A stretch of DNA of 63,890 nucleotides, the filler included, from Octopus bimaculoides (Eukaryota): assembly GCF_001194135.2 (NCBI RefSeq). It is 5 parts of 5 records of this genome, joined end to end, with 100 filler letters (N's around TTAATTAATTAA, not from the genome) between each part and the next. Parts side by side here need not be neighbours in the genome. Positions count along the whole stretch, not along the records: positions 1 to 28,395 come from NC_069008.1; 4 more parts are not named here. One strand, written 5' to 3'. Below the pieces are notes generated by a model. The model was not told the DNA's origin and did not search any database. It worked only from the letters and a program-made list of their open reading frames with translations. Position numbers and translations under genes: made by a program. Numbering within the stretch: position 1 is the first letter of the stretch; every line of letters starts with the position of its first letter. Shown here piece by piece: positions 1-12,000 of the stretch.

Positions 1-591
1 ATTTTCTCTTATCAGTATTACTTACAGACTTAGGCTTGTCCATAAATAATCAAAATATATAGACTGTGCATAAATAACCAAAACACAGTACTATCAACTC
101 AGTTCAAGATTGTTTACTAATATAACTGTATTTCTCCACAGAAGTGAAAATAAACCAGCTTTTTCAATATGTCTCCTTTGATTGCTATGAAGAATAAAGG
201 CCCTCAGTGGAGTCAGAAAATACGGCTTTGTGGTTCCTGAAGCCGCTCCGATGTTAGCAGTAAGGCAGTTGTGGTGTTTGCGATAGTGACGTTGTAGTTT
301 TAACACCTGGTGATAGCGTGATGTGATATTGGTGTTTCTGTTGGTGGAGGTATAGAAGCAGAACAATTAGGGTCTCTATACCGAAGACTTCCATTATAGA
401 AAATCATTCAGATCAATCACCGTGGATGATGTAACAGGAACATAGTCCTGAATGGGTAAACACTTAATTTCAACCATTGATAGTTGATGTGTTAATAGAT
501 AATTTTCTTCATTTCATGACAAACAGTTAGACGCCAAACACGCAAACAGTTACAGACGTCGAAGCATAACACGAACAGTTCTCACCAGTTT

Positions 592-650
592 CACACTGCA
601 TGTCTTTACATGTATCATGGGAATCATCGCTGCATTATTATAAGAAAGGT
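592..650. repeat. (ATCT)n microsatellite
   Basis: Directly visible tetranucleotide run. Confidence 0.95.
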
Positions 651-651
651 A

Positions 652-710
<59 letters not shown>

Positions 711-731
711 ACACGGGGTGTGATAGATAGA

Positions 732-960
732 CACGGGGGTGTATGAAAAGTCTTCAGCCTCAAAAATAAAACAAAACATGATATAGATGTTTTCGATCTA
801 GTTTGCATTCTTTGCCATCAAATATGAATTCTTTGCAGAAAACGGTCAACAGACATGCACTGAAGTGTTGCGAACGGTAGAAAGTATGAGTCTTCATCAT
901 CGAAAGAATATTCGATGACCACAAATTGATTCGAAGCTAGTTTCTCGAAATTGGTGTTCA
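732..960. mobile_element. Possible mariner-derived terminal fragment
   Basis: Starts acgggggtgtatgaaaagtcttcagcct, resembling the TIR of the 2824-3426 element (cgaggggtgttcattaaag). Confidence 0.35.
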
Positions 961-1785
961 AGCCTTGGAATTTAATAAGTAAATACATTATAATAAAATA
1001 GTATTTTATTCTTTTAATAATTATTCCTTTGTATTTTATTATAGTTCCTTTTAGTGTATTTACTTATTAAATTTTTCTATATGTGACAGTGGATTTTCAT
1101 GGATGAGTTCAGAAACTGTGGTTCTTTTCTCTAAATTATATATTTATATATTATATACTGTGAAACTTAATTTAATTTTAATTTTCGATAATTTAAATTA
1201 AATTGAGTTTTTATCTGTAAATTTGGATTTTATCCCTAATATTATTATCATAATTACANNNNNNNNNNNNNNNNNNNNNNNNNNNNNNNNNNNNNNNNNN
1301 NNNNNNNNNNNNNNNNNNNNNNNNNNNNNNNNNNNNNNNNNNNNNNNNNNNNNNNNNNNNNNNNNNNNNNNNNNNNNNNNNNNNNNNNNNNNNNNNNNNN
1401 NNNNNNNNNNNNNNNNNNNNNNNNNNNNNNNNNNNNNNNNNNNNNNNNNNNNNNNNNNNNNNNNNNNNNNNNNNNNNNNNNNNNNNNNNNNNNNNNNNNN
1501 NNNNNNNNNNNNNNNNNNNNNNNNNNNNNNNNNNNNNNNNNNNNNNNNNNNNNNNNNNNNNNNNNNNNNNNNNNNNNNNNNNNNNNNNNNNNNNNNNNNN
1601 NNNNNNNNNNNNNNNNNNNNNNNNNNNNNNNNNNNNNNNNNNNNNNNNNNNNNNNNNNNNNNNNNNNNNNNNNNNNNNNNNNNNNNNNNNNNNNNNNNNN
1701 NNNNNNNNNNNNNNNNNNNNNNNNNNNNNNNNNNNNNNNNNNNNNNNNNNNNNNNNNNNNNNNNNNAATCGTAATTTATACGCAT

Positions 1786-2140
1786 ATATTGTTTATATAA
1801 TAAATTACGCTGTGCGTATCTATGTGTGTAACAACTTTAGAGTTCGGATTCTAGAGTTAGGGTTAGTTTTAGGGTTAGGGTTAGGGTTAGGGTTAGGGGA
1901 TTAATACGATATACACCGTTACAGCGCTAACTGTTTTCAACTGAATAGACGTCAGGGATTAGTAGAAATTATCGAAATAAGACAATTTTTTACATGAAAT
2001 AAATTCGAATACAAAATTTTTTTTCTGTTCTATAACACAAAATAGATAAGTATACGAAGTTTGAAAGTCTTTCAGTACCAAAAACACTACATAAAACATA
2101 AATGAAAACTGGTGCCCCCGTTTTGAAATAGATCCCTCAT
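1786..2140. mobile_element. Interspersed repeat carrying an internal (TTAGGG)5 tract
   Basis: Five perfect TTAGGG at 1869-1898. The core aatagacgtcag.gatt.gt.gaaatta.cgaaata recurs at ~27140-27180, there near cataaccctaaccctag (~26972-26988). Confidence 0.5.
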
Positions 2141-2823
2141 TAGTTCCAAATAAGATGGTGACGGTAATTTGAAATCACGTGATTCAAAGGTTCTGAATTT
2201 TTCCTAGAGACATTACTCCTGTTGTATTCAGGTGAAAATTCCTCATTGTCTTATGATTTTTTTAATGTAAACTGTGTGTGTATGTCACTGGGCAATTGGT
2301 GTGCATCCTTTGTATATGTGTCAATCTGTTATCATTGTTGCGTGTTATTTGTGGGTTGTTATGGGTAGAGGCTGATATGTACGATTGTGCGTGTGTGTAT
2401 AGAATGAATTTACGTATCTGACAACGGTGGATAAGCATGGGTAGGTTGTTAAAGTTGTGTGGTTATTCCGCTATATTTTCCTCCAGATAGGAAGAGAGGC
2501 TCGATGTGCAAGCATCACCAAAAGATCTCACTCTTACTGTTTAGATTTATATTTTTGGATTGTTTTCCCTGTAATATCCGAATCTAATCACTACAGTTAC
2601 TCAAAGGTCACATCTCTTTATTCCTCAGATATACGGGTTTGGGCCTATCTTATTTCTTTATTGCCCACAAGGGGCTAAAGATAGAGAGGACAAACAAGGA
2701 CAGACAAAAGGATTAAGTCGATTACATCGACCCCAGTGCGTAACTGGTACTTAATTAATCGACCCCGAAAGGATGAAAGGCAAAGTTGACCTCGGCGGAA
2801 TTTGAACTCAGAAAGTAACGGCA

Positions 2824-3419
2824 GTAAGTCCAGTCGAAACAATGGAAGCATGATAATTCACCACCTTCAAAGAAGGCTCGTGTCCAACCCTCAGCAGGCA
2901 AGGTGTTGCTCACAATCTTTTGGGACCAGCGTAGAGTAGTGGTGACGGATTTTCTGGCAAAGGGCACCACAATTAACGAGGCATATTATGCTTCTCTGCC
3001 GCAGAAATTGTGGGACGCCATCAAAGCAGAGAGGGCTCCCATGATGACCAAAAGAGTCCGACTCATCCAAGACAACGCCCCAGTTTACAATGCTCATTTT
3101 GCCCAGATGAAAATACACTCCTGCGGTTATGAAATCCTTCCTCATCCCCCTTACTCTCCAGATCTGCCACCCACTGACTTCCACCTCCTTCCAACCATGA
3201 AGTCTTTTTTGAAGGGAAAGCACTTTTGGGATGACGATGAACTTATTTCCGAGGTAATGGCTTTGTTCCAGATGCAACCTACCGACTTCTACAGACGAGG
3301 TCTTCACAGCTGCATAAAGCTAATGAAGATGTGGCTATGTAGAGAACGACTAATAATTATGCCAAGTTTCGTTTATCCCAGTCCTCGGGAAGTGGATTAG
3401 GGGTAATCTTTAATGAACA

Positions 3420-3426
<7 letters not shown>
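2824..3426 (+). mobile_element. mariner (DD34D) transposon, 3' part with terminal inverted repeat
   Basis: QPSAGKVLLTIFWD..QDNAP..HPPYSPDLPPTDF (Himar1/irritans-like motifs). Ends ...aatgaacacccctcg; the 5' part is cut off by a SINE. Confidence 0.85.
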
Positions 3427-3468
<42 letters not shown>

Positions 3469-4343
3469 GATAGATAAATAGATAGATAGATATGCGAGTG
3501 CGTATGTATGTAATTATATGTATGCATGTATGTGTGCACATGCGCATGTGTCGGTATATACTGTTATACATTACACCTTTAGCATGAGTAATAACACAAG
3601 TAACAACACATCAATATGTCTTTCAAATACTTGGCGTGTTTGACTATAATTTCTGACTAACCTAAAGCTGGATTTATAGATTTAAGGACGAAATTATTGA
3701 CATAGTCAAACATATTCGTGATTTAAAAAATCGTTACTTTGCACTGTGCGCTGAGAAATCTGAAACGATTATTCGCATATTAATTCTTAATGTTACGTTA
3801 CATTCAGACACAATTACACTAGCCAACAAATTCCAACGTTTTTCTGCTGATCTATGTTCGAGACTTTTTTTGGTGTAATTTGGGGGTCATTGAATTTTAG
3901 AAAAGCAATACTTTTTTTTTTTCTATCACATCGAGATTTTTTCCATGGACTGGCCCACAGTGGCCGCCGCCCGTAACTCCATCTTTCAGAAATTTCTAGA
4001 TGTGTTTTTTTGTATGGTACGTTAGCAGCAAGAGTCCCAATGTCAACTTAGCGTACACTGAGTGAGGTTGTGACGCTCTGTCGGCCTGGTATTTGTACCT
4101 CTGTAGAAGTGCGTTTCCTAATAATCTTATGCTTGAACGCTCGGTCGCCTTGATCTGCGTTTTTAATCTCGTCTTACTATCAACAAATGTACAAAAGATA
4201 TCATAGTTAAACATTTCTGTTGAATATTTATTTCATCTATGTAATTAAGATATATATTTAGCCAAAGATAGATATATATGTTCTTTATTACTTTTTCTCT
4301 CGTTACATATTTATTTCATAAAATAACGCAGGGGTTCAGTAGT

Positions 4344-6351
4344 ATGGCGTCATTGTGAAGGAAATGTTTGAAGTACCCTGACTCCTTTTGTTATATATCT
4401 GGGTGATTTAAAGTGCCAAGTCAAAAAACGAACAGTAGTGACTTTGTGAAAAGATACCACTTGGTTTACGTTAAGATTAAAGTTGGTGATCAGAGTAAAT
4501 AGTAGGTTCTGCACAATGTATGTAAACCCTGTGTCGAAAATCTACGCCAATGGACTAAGAGCACAAGGAAACAACAAATATTTGTCGTTCCTATGGTATA
4601 GCGGGAGCCAAAGAATCATGTAAACGATTGCTACTTTTATCTCACAAAGCCTTCTGGTTATAGCAAGAGAACGCGAGATAAAAAAAGAAGTTACCCAAAT
4701 CTGGATTCAGCAATTCATGCAGTGCTTCACTCAATTGAAATACCAGTACCCGTTTTCAAGGATCTACGTTCACTACAACATGAAAGTGATATATGTAAAG
4801 TAGATGTAAACCATGAACTTGACAGTGATACAGTCTTTGTAGAAATATCAACCAAAGTACGTGAAAACTTCAACCAGGCGGAACTTAATGATTTAGTTAG
4901 AGATCGAGGACTGGCAAAAGAGTTACTAGAACTGCTAGCTTCTCGGCTGAAAGAGAAGAATTTGTTGCAGAAACAGACGTGACTGTTTATCGGAACACGG
5001 AAAAAGGTTTCTTTGCATTCCTTACAACAGGAAAAGATTTCGTTTACTGTTGTGACGTGGTGGGATTGTTAAACGGGATAGCTGTTGAACAGTGTGATCC
5101 TTGTGAATAGAGACTTGTAGTAACGCCTTGTCTCGTGCGCATGCGTGGTGATTGGACATCCAAGTTTGGCGCCCTTATTCATTCTCTTTTCTCGCCGGCC
5201 GACGAAGAGGTCAGACGTCCAACACAGAGCTCTCTCACATGTCAGCACCAGAGCTTCACAAATAACCACGGAAATCATTCAGAATGCGTCTCAGCAACCA
5301 AGGGCGAAGTGCTGTCTATTTCCTTTGTAAATAAATATTGTTGTGTTGATGCTTCAGAATCAGCGTTTCGTTGTTTCTTCAGAATTTAATGTACGAAAGC
5401 GGGTGTACACCTAATGGTGTATAACCAATGAACGATATTTCTTACAGACTCTTTATAGATGGTTCAAAATAGAGTCTGAAATGTGTATTGCAATATAAAC
5501 TTGTTTGGTGCGCTTCCTATTGGTTACTTGTGCACTTAAAGGAGAATTATTATCACATAAAAGTTGTATTTGATTTACTCAAGAATGATGAACGTAAATG
5601 GGTCGTTATATGTGTACCTTGAAATGGTCAACTGTTTACTTGACCAACAAGGAGGGTATACAACATATCTGTTTCTTGTGTTTATGGGATAGTTGAGAGA
5701 GAGACAAACATTGGGAACAGAGACTCTGGATACTTAGGAAACGTTTGACTGTTGGTGAGAAGAATATCATACACCAACCACTTGTTGAGCGAGAAAAATT
5801 CATCTTCTCACCCCTTCATATTAAACTAGAACTAATGAAACAGTTTGTCGCAGCTCTTAATGTGGAGGGCAACTGTTTTAAATTCATATGTGCATCTCCT
5901 GGCTTAAGTTATGATAAAATAACGGCAGGTGTTTTTGATGGGTCACAAACCTGAAAGTTAATGAAATACCAAAATTTCTCGATGACTGACGTAGGAAAAA
6001 GAGTATAGGATTCATTTGTGGCTGACATGAAAGGATTTGGGGGCTGTGAAAAAACTGTAAACTACAAGGATTTTGGTAGAGGCATTACTTGATAGCTTTC
6101 ATCTTTTAAGCTGCAATATGAGCATAAAGCTTCATTTCTGCAATAGCCATCTCGATGAATTTCCTGCTAATCTCGGAGACATGAACAGTGTGTATGGTGA
6201 GCGTTTTCTTTAAGCAATCAAGATTATGGAGGAGAGATATCAGGTCCGATATAATATACATATGATGGCAGACTACTGTTGGAGTATTCAAAGAGACTGT
6301 GTAGATACGAAACACTCCAGACGCTCCCGCAAGCGGAAATTTGTTCCGTGA
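4344..6351 (+). mobile_element. Chapaev3-like (CMC superfamily) DNA transposon; transposase pseudogene
   Basis: Near full-length decayed transposase: N-terminal CLKYPDSFCYI..GDQSK..HNVCKPC..REPKNHVNDCYF, then FNQAELNDLVRD..ELLASRLKEKNLL, RLFIDGSK.SLKCVL, PLHIKLELMKQFV, NMSIKLH, GERF..IKIMEERYQ..HMMADYCWS, ending RSRKRKFVP*. The family name is from my recollection of this motif set. Confidence 0.8.
5116..5446. mobile_element. Solo LTR (331 bp) inserted into the Chapaev-like transposase
   Basis: TGTA...TACA termini, 4-bp TSD GACT (5112-5115 and 5447-5450), internal AATAAA at 5330-5335. Removing the insert restores the frame GAA TAG AGA CTC TTT ATA GAT (E*RLFID). Confidence 0.8.
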
Positions 6352-6532
6352 ATATCAATGTATGCGTATGATTGTTTATCCATCATATTAGAGAATTAAC
6401 AGTATGTATTTAGTAAAAGGTGATGCTACCTTACATTTTGTTTATCATTTCATATTCCACTGACATTATAACTTACGGTTTGAAGCTATAAGACTTAGTA
6501 CACTATCCTGACCAAGTAAATTTCTTATACAG

Positions 6533-6953
6533 TACACCTCAGAAACTCTGCCTCAGACTTGGAGGTTCAATTATTCTACTGAGAAACTTGGAATCTTTTC
6601 GGCTTTGCAACGGCACCCGGTTGGTTGTAACCCAATTGTTGGATGACGTTATCAAGGCTAAAACCATAACGGCTGCTGACACTGTTTTCATTTCTCGAAT
6701 ACCACTAATTCCAACTGACTGTGTATTCCCAGTGAAAAGAGTACAGTTTCTCGTACGTCTAAGCTTTGTCATGACCATCAACAAAGTCCAGGGGCAGTCA
6801 CTCAAAATGGTTGGGCTGGACCTCAGCACTCCATGTTTTTTTACAAGGGCAGCTGTATGTAGGCTGTTCCAGAGTTGGAAACTCGGCCAATCTATTTTAC
6901 TACATTTCCGGAGGAATGACAAAGAATGTGGTTTACAAGGCAACCCTCCAATA
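6533..6953 (+). mobile_element. Helitron RepHel PIF1-helicase C-terminal fragment
   Basis: IILLRNL..LCNGTRLVV..RIPLIPTD..KRVQF.VRLSFVMTINKVQGQSL..VGLDLSTPCF, then frameshifted QLYVGCSRV..KNVVYK: PIF1/Helitron helicase motifs V-VI. Confidence 0.85.
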
Positions 6954-8693
6954 GCTATTTCCATGGAGTTGAAAGCCCTTTAAGGTTAGTCCTTTCTGTG
7001 ATTACTTACTTCTCCGATTAGGTTACTGTTACTCTTCCAAAACTGCCTTACTTTGAAACAGACCATTTTTGATTTTTATTGGATAGCCTTCCACTTGCCC
7101 CAGGTAATCTCACATCAATTTAACACGTAGGTTCATATAGATTGCCTTCCGAGATAAAATTGATTTGCAAAGAACATGCCTTATGTTATTTTATTGCACA
7201 TTGTGTTATTTCACCCCGGAATTTCAAGTCTTTTTGTGTCAGTTTTTGAAAGAAGGATTTTTGCGCCTTTATTGAGTAGCAGTTTCTGTCTGCCTGTCCA
7301 TCGAGTGATTAAAACTTCCATTTATATTTTTATTCGAAGCTAATGTTACTTATCCCGTAGTTCTTACCACTACGCCACTGAAAATCGAAATAAAATACGT
7401 AAGGCAACAGTCGTCAAAGGCAAAAGCCAAAGAACTGTTTATTGCTTAAATATCACTTGCAATATTCACTTTGGAGATAAAACAGCGTTCAGTCTGACGT
7501 ATAGGTGTCAACATGAGGTATGTACTATGGAAGAGTACATCGTGCTTATCCTAATGTGAAAAGTGTTTGAGTGTAAAAAGTTTAAGGTTAATCATGATGT
7601 CCGATTCCACTGGAAGTTGTATATATTGTGGGCTGAACAGCTTTCCTTCATTTTATTGGCCTCATGACAATTTTGTATAGGTTCACTGGGTTAAGATACA
7701 CTATCACTCAATTTTAGAAGAAACAGTCAACAGTTTTAACGTCTCGGGGATCTTTAATTCCCTAACCAAAAGTAACAACCCCATACAATCATCAAACATC
7801 TCCGCAACTTAACACCGTCCAATGGACGGTGGGGGGGAGTTTGCTAGTATGTGTGCGTGTGTTTGTGTGTGTGTAGTGGTTCATACAGGCATAGCGTAGA
7901 TTCGATCCTCGATCGCCAAATTTCACTTAACAGTTCAACAGCACTTTTCTCACGGTGAAACAATAGTTTTTCTGTAAGTGACTGCAGTTACATTTGCCAG
8001 ATGCCTTCGCTAAGCAGAATAATGTCTTTGCCGCTTGACCCTTCTAACCTCTTCTAGGTCACTAAAAGCTAGAATAGAGATAACAGACCGCCAACGAAAT
8101 CTATTGTTTTCAATGATATGTCTATCCTTCTGGCTGGTTTTGGATAGTTATAAAAACAAGAACTCCGAAAGCCAAAGTCAGTTAGTGAGAACCGAGTCTG
8201 GCTGAACAAAACGCCGTTTCTAAAGGAAAAGGGACAACTATGGTAACTAACCAACGAAGCAGTTGTTTCGTCTCACCACTCTCACTTTCTTTTCTCTGTA
8301 ACATTACCATATCTCTCTATATATACTACTATGAGATCGTGTACACACATACCGGCCGAAATTAACTCTTTTTGCCTCGCATGCTTTTCCATTTACTAGT
8401 TATACATACCAACCCATCGCGGTTTTGGATAGATACAAAGTAACGGTAAATAAATATCTCTTTACAACTTCAATCACTGTTCTTCTTCCATCTTACAAAT
8501 GGCAAGCAACGAATATCATTGCCGTTACATATATATATACAACGAGTTTCTTCCAATTTCCGTCTACCAAATCCACTCACAAGGCTTTGGTCGGCCTGAG
8601 GCTAGTAGAAGACACTTGATCAAGGTGCCATGCAGTGCGACTGAACCTGGAACCATGTGGTTGGGAAGGAAGCGTCTTACCACACAGCCACAC

Positions 8694-9043
8694 CTTTCTA
8701 TTATAGGCACAAGCCCTGAAATTTATGAGGAGGGGACTAGCCGATTACATCGATCCCAGTGTTTCACTGGTACTTAAGTTATCGACCCCGAAAGGATGAA
8801 AGGTGGAATTTGAACTCAGAACGGGAAGACAGACGAAATACTGCGAAGCATTTTGCCTGGCTTACTAACGTTTCTGCCAACTCACTGCCTTAATATTAAT
8901 AAAAATAATAACAACCTTCCTACTGTAGGCACAAGGCCTGAAGTTTGGGGGAGGAGAGTAAGTAGATTACATCGACCCCATTGCATAACCGATACTTATT
9001 TCATTGACCCCAAAATGATGAAAGGCAAAGTCGAACTTGGGGG
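8694..9043 (-). mobile_element. Two tandem tRNA-headed SINEs, family A (8694-8890 and 5'-truncated 8916-9043)
   Basis: Core atcgaccccgaaaggatgaaagg..ggaatttgaactcagaac; located immediately downstream of the 1802-aa stop codon. Confidence 0.8.
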
Positions 9044-9094
9044 AATATTTATAATAAAAATAACAACATCAGAGTTTAATATTTATGGAAACAT

Positions 9095-12000
9095 TTATTT
9101 GTCATAATGAAAGAAAGCAAAAGATTGACGTCCTGGAATAATTCCAAAAACCATGAAAGAATTTTCTGAAATATTAAAACCAAGAACTTCGTAAACTTCA
9201 TTATCGTCACACCTGAGGAGTAAATATTTTTGATTATCTTCAGATGTCAGGATTTCAATATCTTCAGTGGTTTGCAATTCAATATGTCCAGGTATTTGGT
9301 AAATATTGTTTTTTCTATCTGTTATATAAACATATTCACTAATTGCAATTAGATGAGCTTTGTCAATGTTATATTCTTGTCCCAGATGGTTTCCTTTTAG
9401 CCTTATCCTCCTGACCAATGACTTTTTCCTGAACCATTCGACAAAAGTGGCATAACACCAATTATCCATAGTCTCTTCCCACCTCACAACAACAACATCA
9501 CCAAGAGATGTGACTCCTACATCAACCACCAACGCTTCTCCCTCTAGTTTTCTAAATATCTTCGTCTTTCCACGACACACTTCATCTTTACATTTACCAT
9601 CTTTCATATCAACCACATCCACATAATAACAGTCGTAGGCATCGGGGTCTTTGCAAAAGTAATAAATGTTGTTGTTGTAGTTTTTTCTTGTGTAGTTCTT
9701 GTCTCTCTCATCTTGAGTTATGTCTCTCATATAATGACCACCACAAACGAGTTGATTGTCGTTGTATTTATAAATTGTGTTGTAATATTTCTCAGTTTTG
9801 ATGGCTTTTAAACAATAGAGATCTCTGTTGAAAGCCATCATTTCTTTACCAAAGGTAACTATGAAACATTCATCTGTCCACTGACAAATACCTAGTGGTT
9901 GTTGTTGTTTAGGAAATTGCTTATGCTGAAGTATGTCACCTGTTATTGTGCCAATTAATGTAACACTTTCTCGAAACATTAACACGCTGACGTTATCATT
10001 CAACTTAATTAGTTTGCTGTTTTGGTCACTAATGTTAAGATAATCATAATTAACAGGTTCATAGAAGGTAGGAATGGAAAGAGGGACCATTGCTGTTCTA
10101 TGTGGCATTCTCCTCACTGATATTTCATCAATTCCTGACATACTATCTGCAATATAATTCCAACATCTCACCTTTAATCCACCTTTACCAATTATTTCAC
10201 CTGGTTTACTTCTTTCTTCTCCATTGTATTTCAGTTTATTAACTAATTCATTGCTGAATATTTCCTTGTTCATCTGATTTATAATGGAAGGGAAATGCAG
10301 ACCAGAATCAAGGTTTAATAGTGTCAAAGATTCCAAAATGTTCACTTGATCACCATCAAGCTTTATGCAATGACATTCGATCAAGTTAATATGTACACAC
10401 CAGTAAATATTTCTCACTTTTCTCCATATCACACCATAAGGTACTTGACATTCCCAAACTTTGCATTTCTCCAAATCTTTTCCATTCAGTTGAAATATTT
10501 CTTGTCTGTTAGGAACTGTGGCCATTATGTCTCTTTCTCTTGTAAAACACACACCACCAACTAAACTTGCAACGTTTCTATAACATAGCAACTTCCCGTC
10601 TTCTTCAAATATTTTAATATTTCCATTATTGGCTTTTTCACACACAACTGTCTTTCCTTCATCAGAGATGTCAATATCTTTTACTTGAACAGTGCAGTTG
10701 TCTGTTTGTAAACGACAAACAGAGAATTTCTCCCGATTCAGCATAAATGAACCTTCAACATACAATTCATTAAATCTCATCTTATGGGCCCCAACAAACC
10801 TTGATCCTTTACAATTTATACTGGAGAAATCCACTACTTCTTTATAAATTCTTTTATTTAAAAATATTCTGCTGTATTCCCCAGTTTGTGTCAAACACAC
10901 AATCTTATCATATTCAGTTAAACCAAAATATTTCTCCCACTCACCATAGATGTACAAGTAACTTTCATCAATTGTCATCATGTTAAAATAATCCTCATAG
11001 TACCCCATGTAGTGTCTAACTGAATGTAAACATTGACCATCACTGTTGAAGAAAATGATAAATCTTTTGTTTAAGACAATGATGTCATCATCAGCAGTAA
11101 CTGCAATATCCTGGATGTCATTCATATAAATTCTACCATTTTCTTTGTATCTTGATAATAAGGTATTAGGTATGTTTATTCTTCTTATTGCATTCACCGT
11201 CGAATGTATTTCATCAATATCAATGAAATACAAACTACGATCGTCTACCCATCTACTACATACCAGTTGACTGTTTGATAGAGAAGCGATATATTTATAT
11301 TTATTTTTCGTATGGTAAATTACCAACGACAATGGAAATTCCAATTTTAATGTCCACAGTTGGTATTTCTTAACATGAGGACCCAAAGTTGTAATAACTA
11401 TTGTGTCTGATTGCCATCGAAACATCATCATTAAGGGAAAAGCATTAAATTTGATAGAGTCCAGAAGTTCACCATCAAATGTGAATATTTTGATGTTTCT
11501 ATTCATCCCATCGCCAACCACAATCACGTTATTTTCAGTAATAACTAAACAGCAAGTCAGCACTAACAGAGTCTCTCCCGGAAGACGAATATGTCTGCCT
11601 TTATCAGAAACTGTCAGATTCTGTAGGTATAATGTAGAAGACAACATTTCACTGACGCAAATGTTTCTGGAAAATACATCTACCAGGTCGATATAAATAT
11701 TAAGTTGATTATTTGTAACGAGATCATTAACCCACAAATTATGATTGTTTATAGCAAACATACGACAGTTGTCTATCAGATAAACAAACATTTCATCAAT
11801 AGATCCACCATTGAGATTAGAGGGACATTTCACCTGGGACAGTAAAACACTGGGGACCATCTTAATACAATAACGACGTTGATGACCAAGGTGCACTAAG
11901 CAAGATTCTGTTTGGGACACTGAAACTTTGAAAGGTATCTCAATACTATGAAGACGACGACCAATATCTATTCTAGTATTGTACTGAAATGCTTTTCCCC

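Noticed and set aside
94-366. 90-aa minus-strand ORF at the window start
   Set aside because: No ATG start, no recognisable motif and no convincing splice signals; it could be part of a gene outside the window but cannot be supported.
1869-1898. (TTAGGG)5 as a true telomere or fusion scar
   Set aside because: Very short, internal and embedded in an interspersed repeat.
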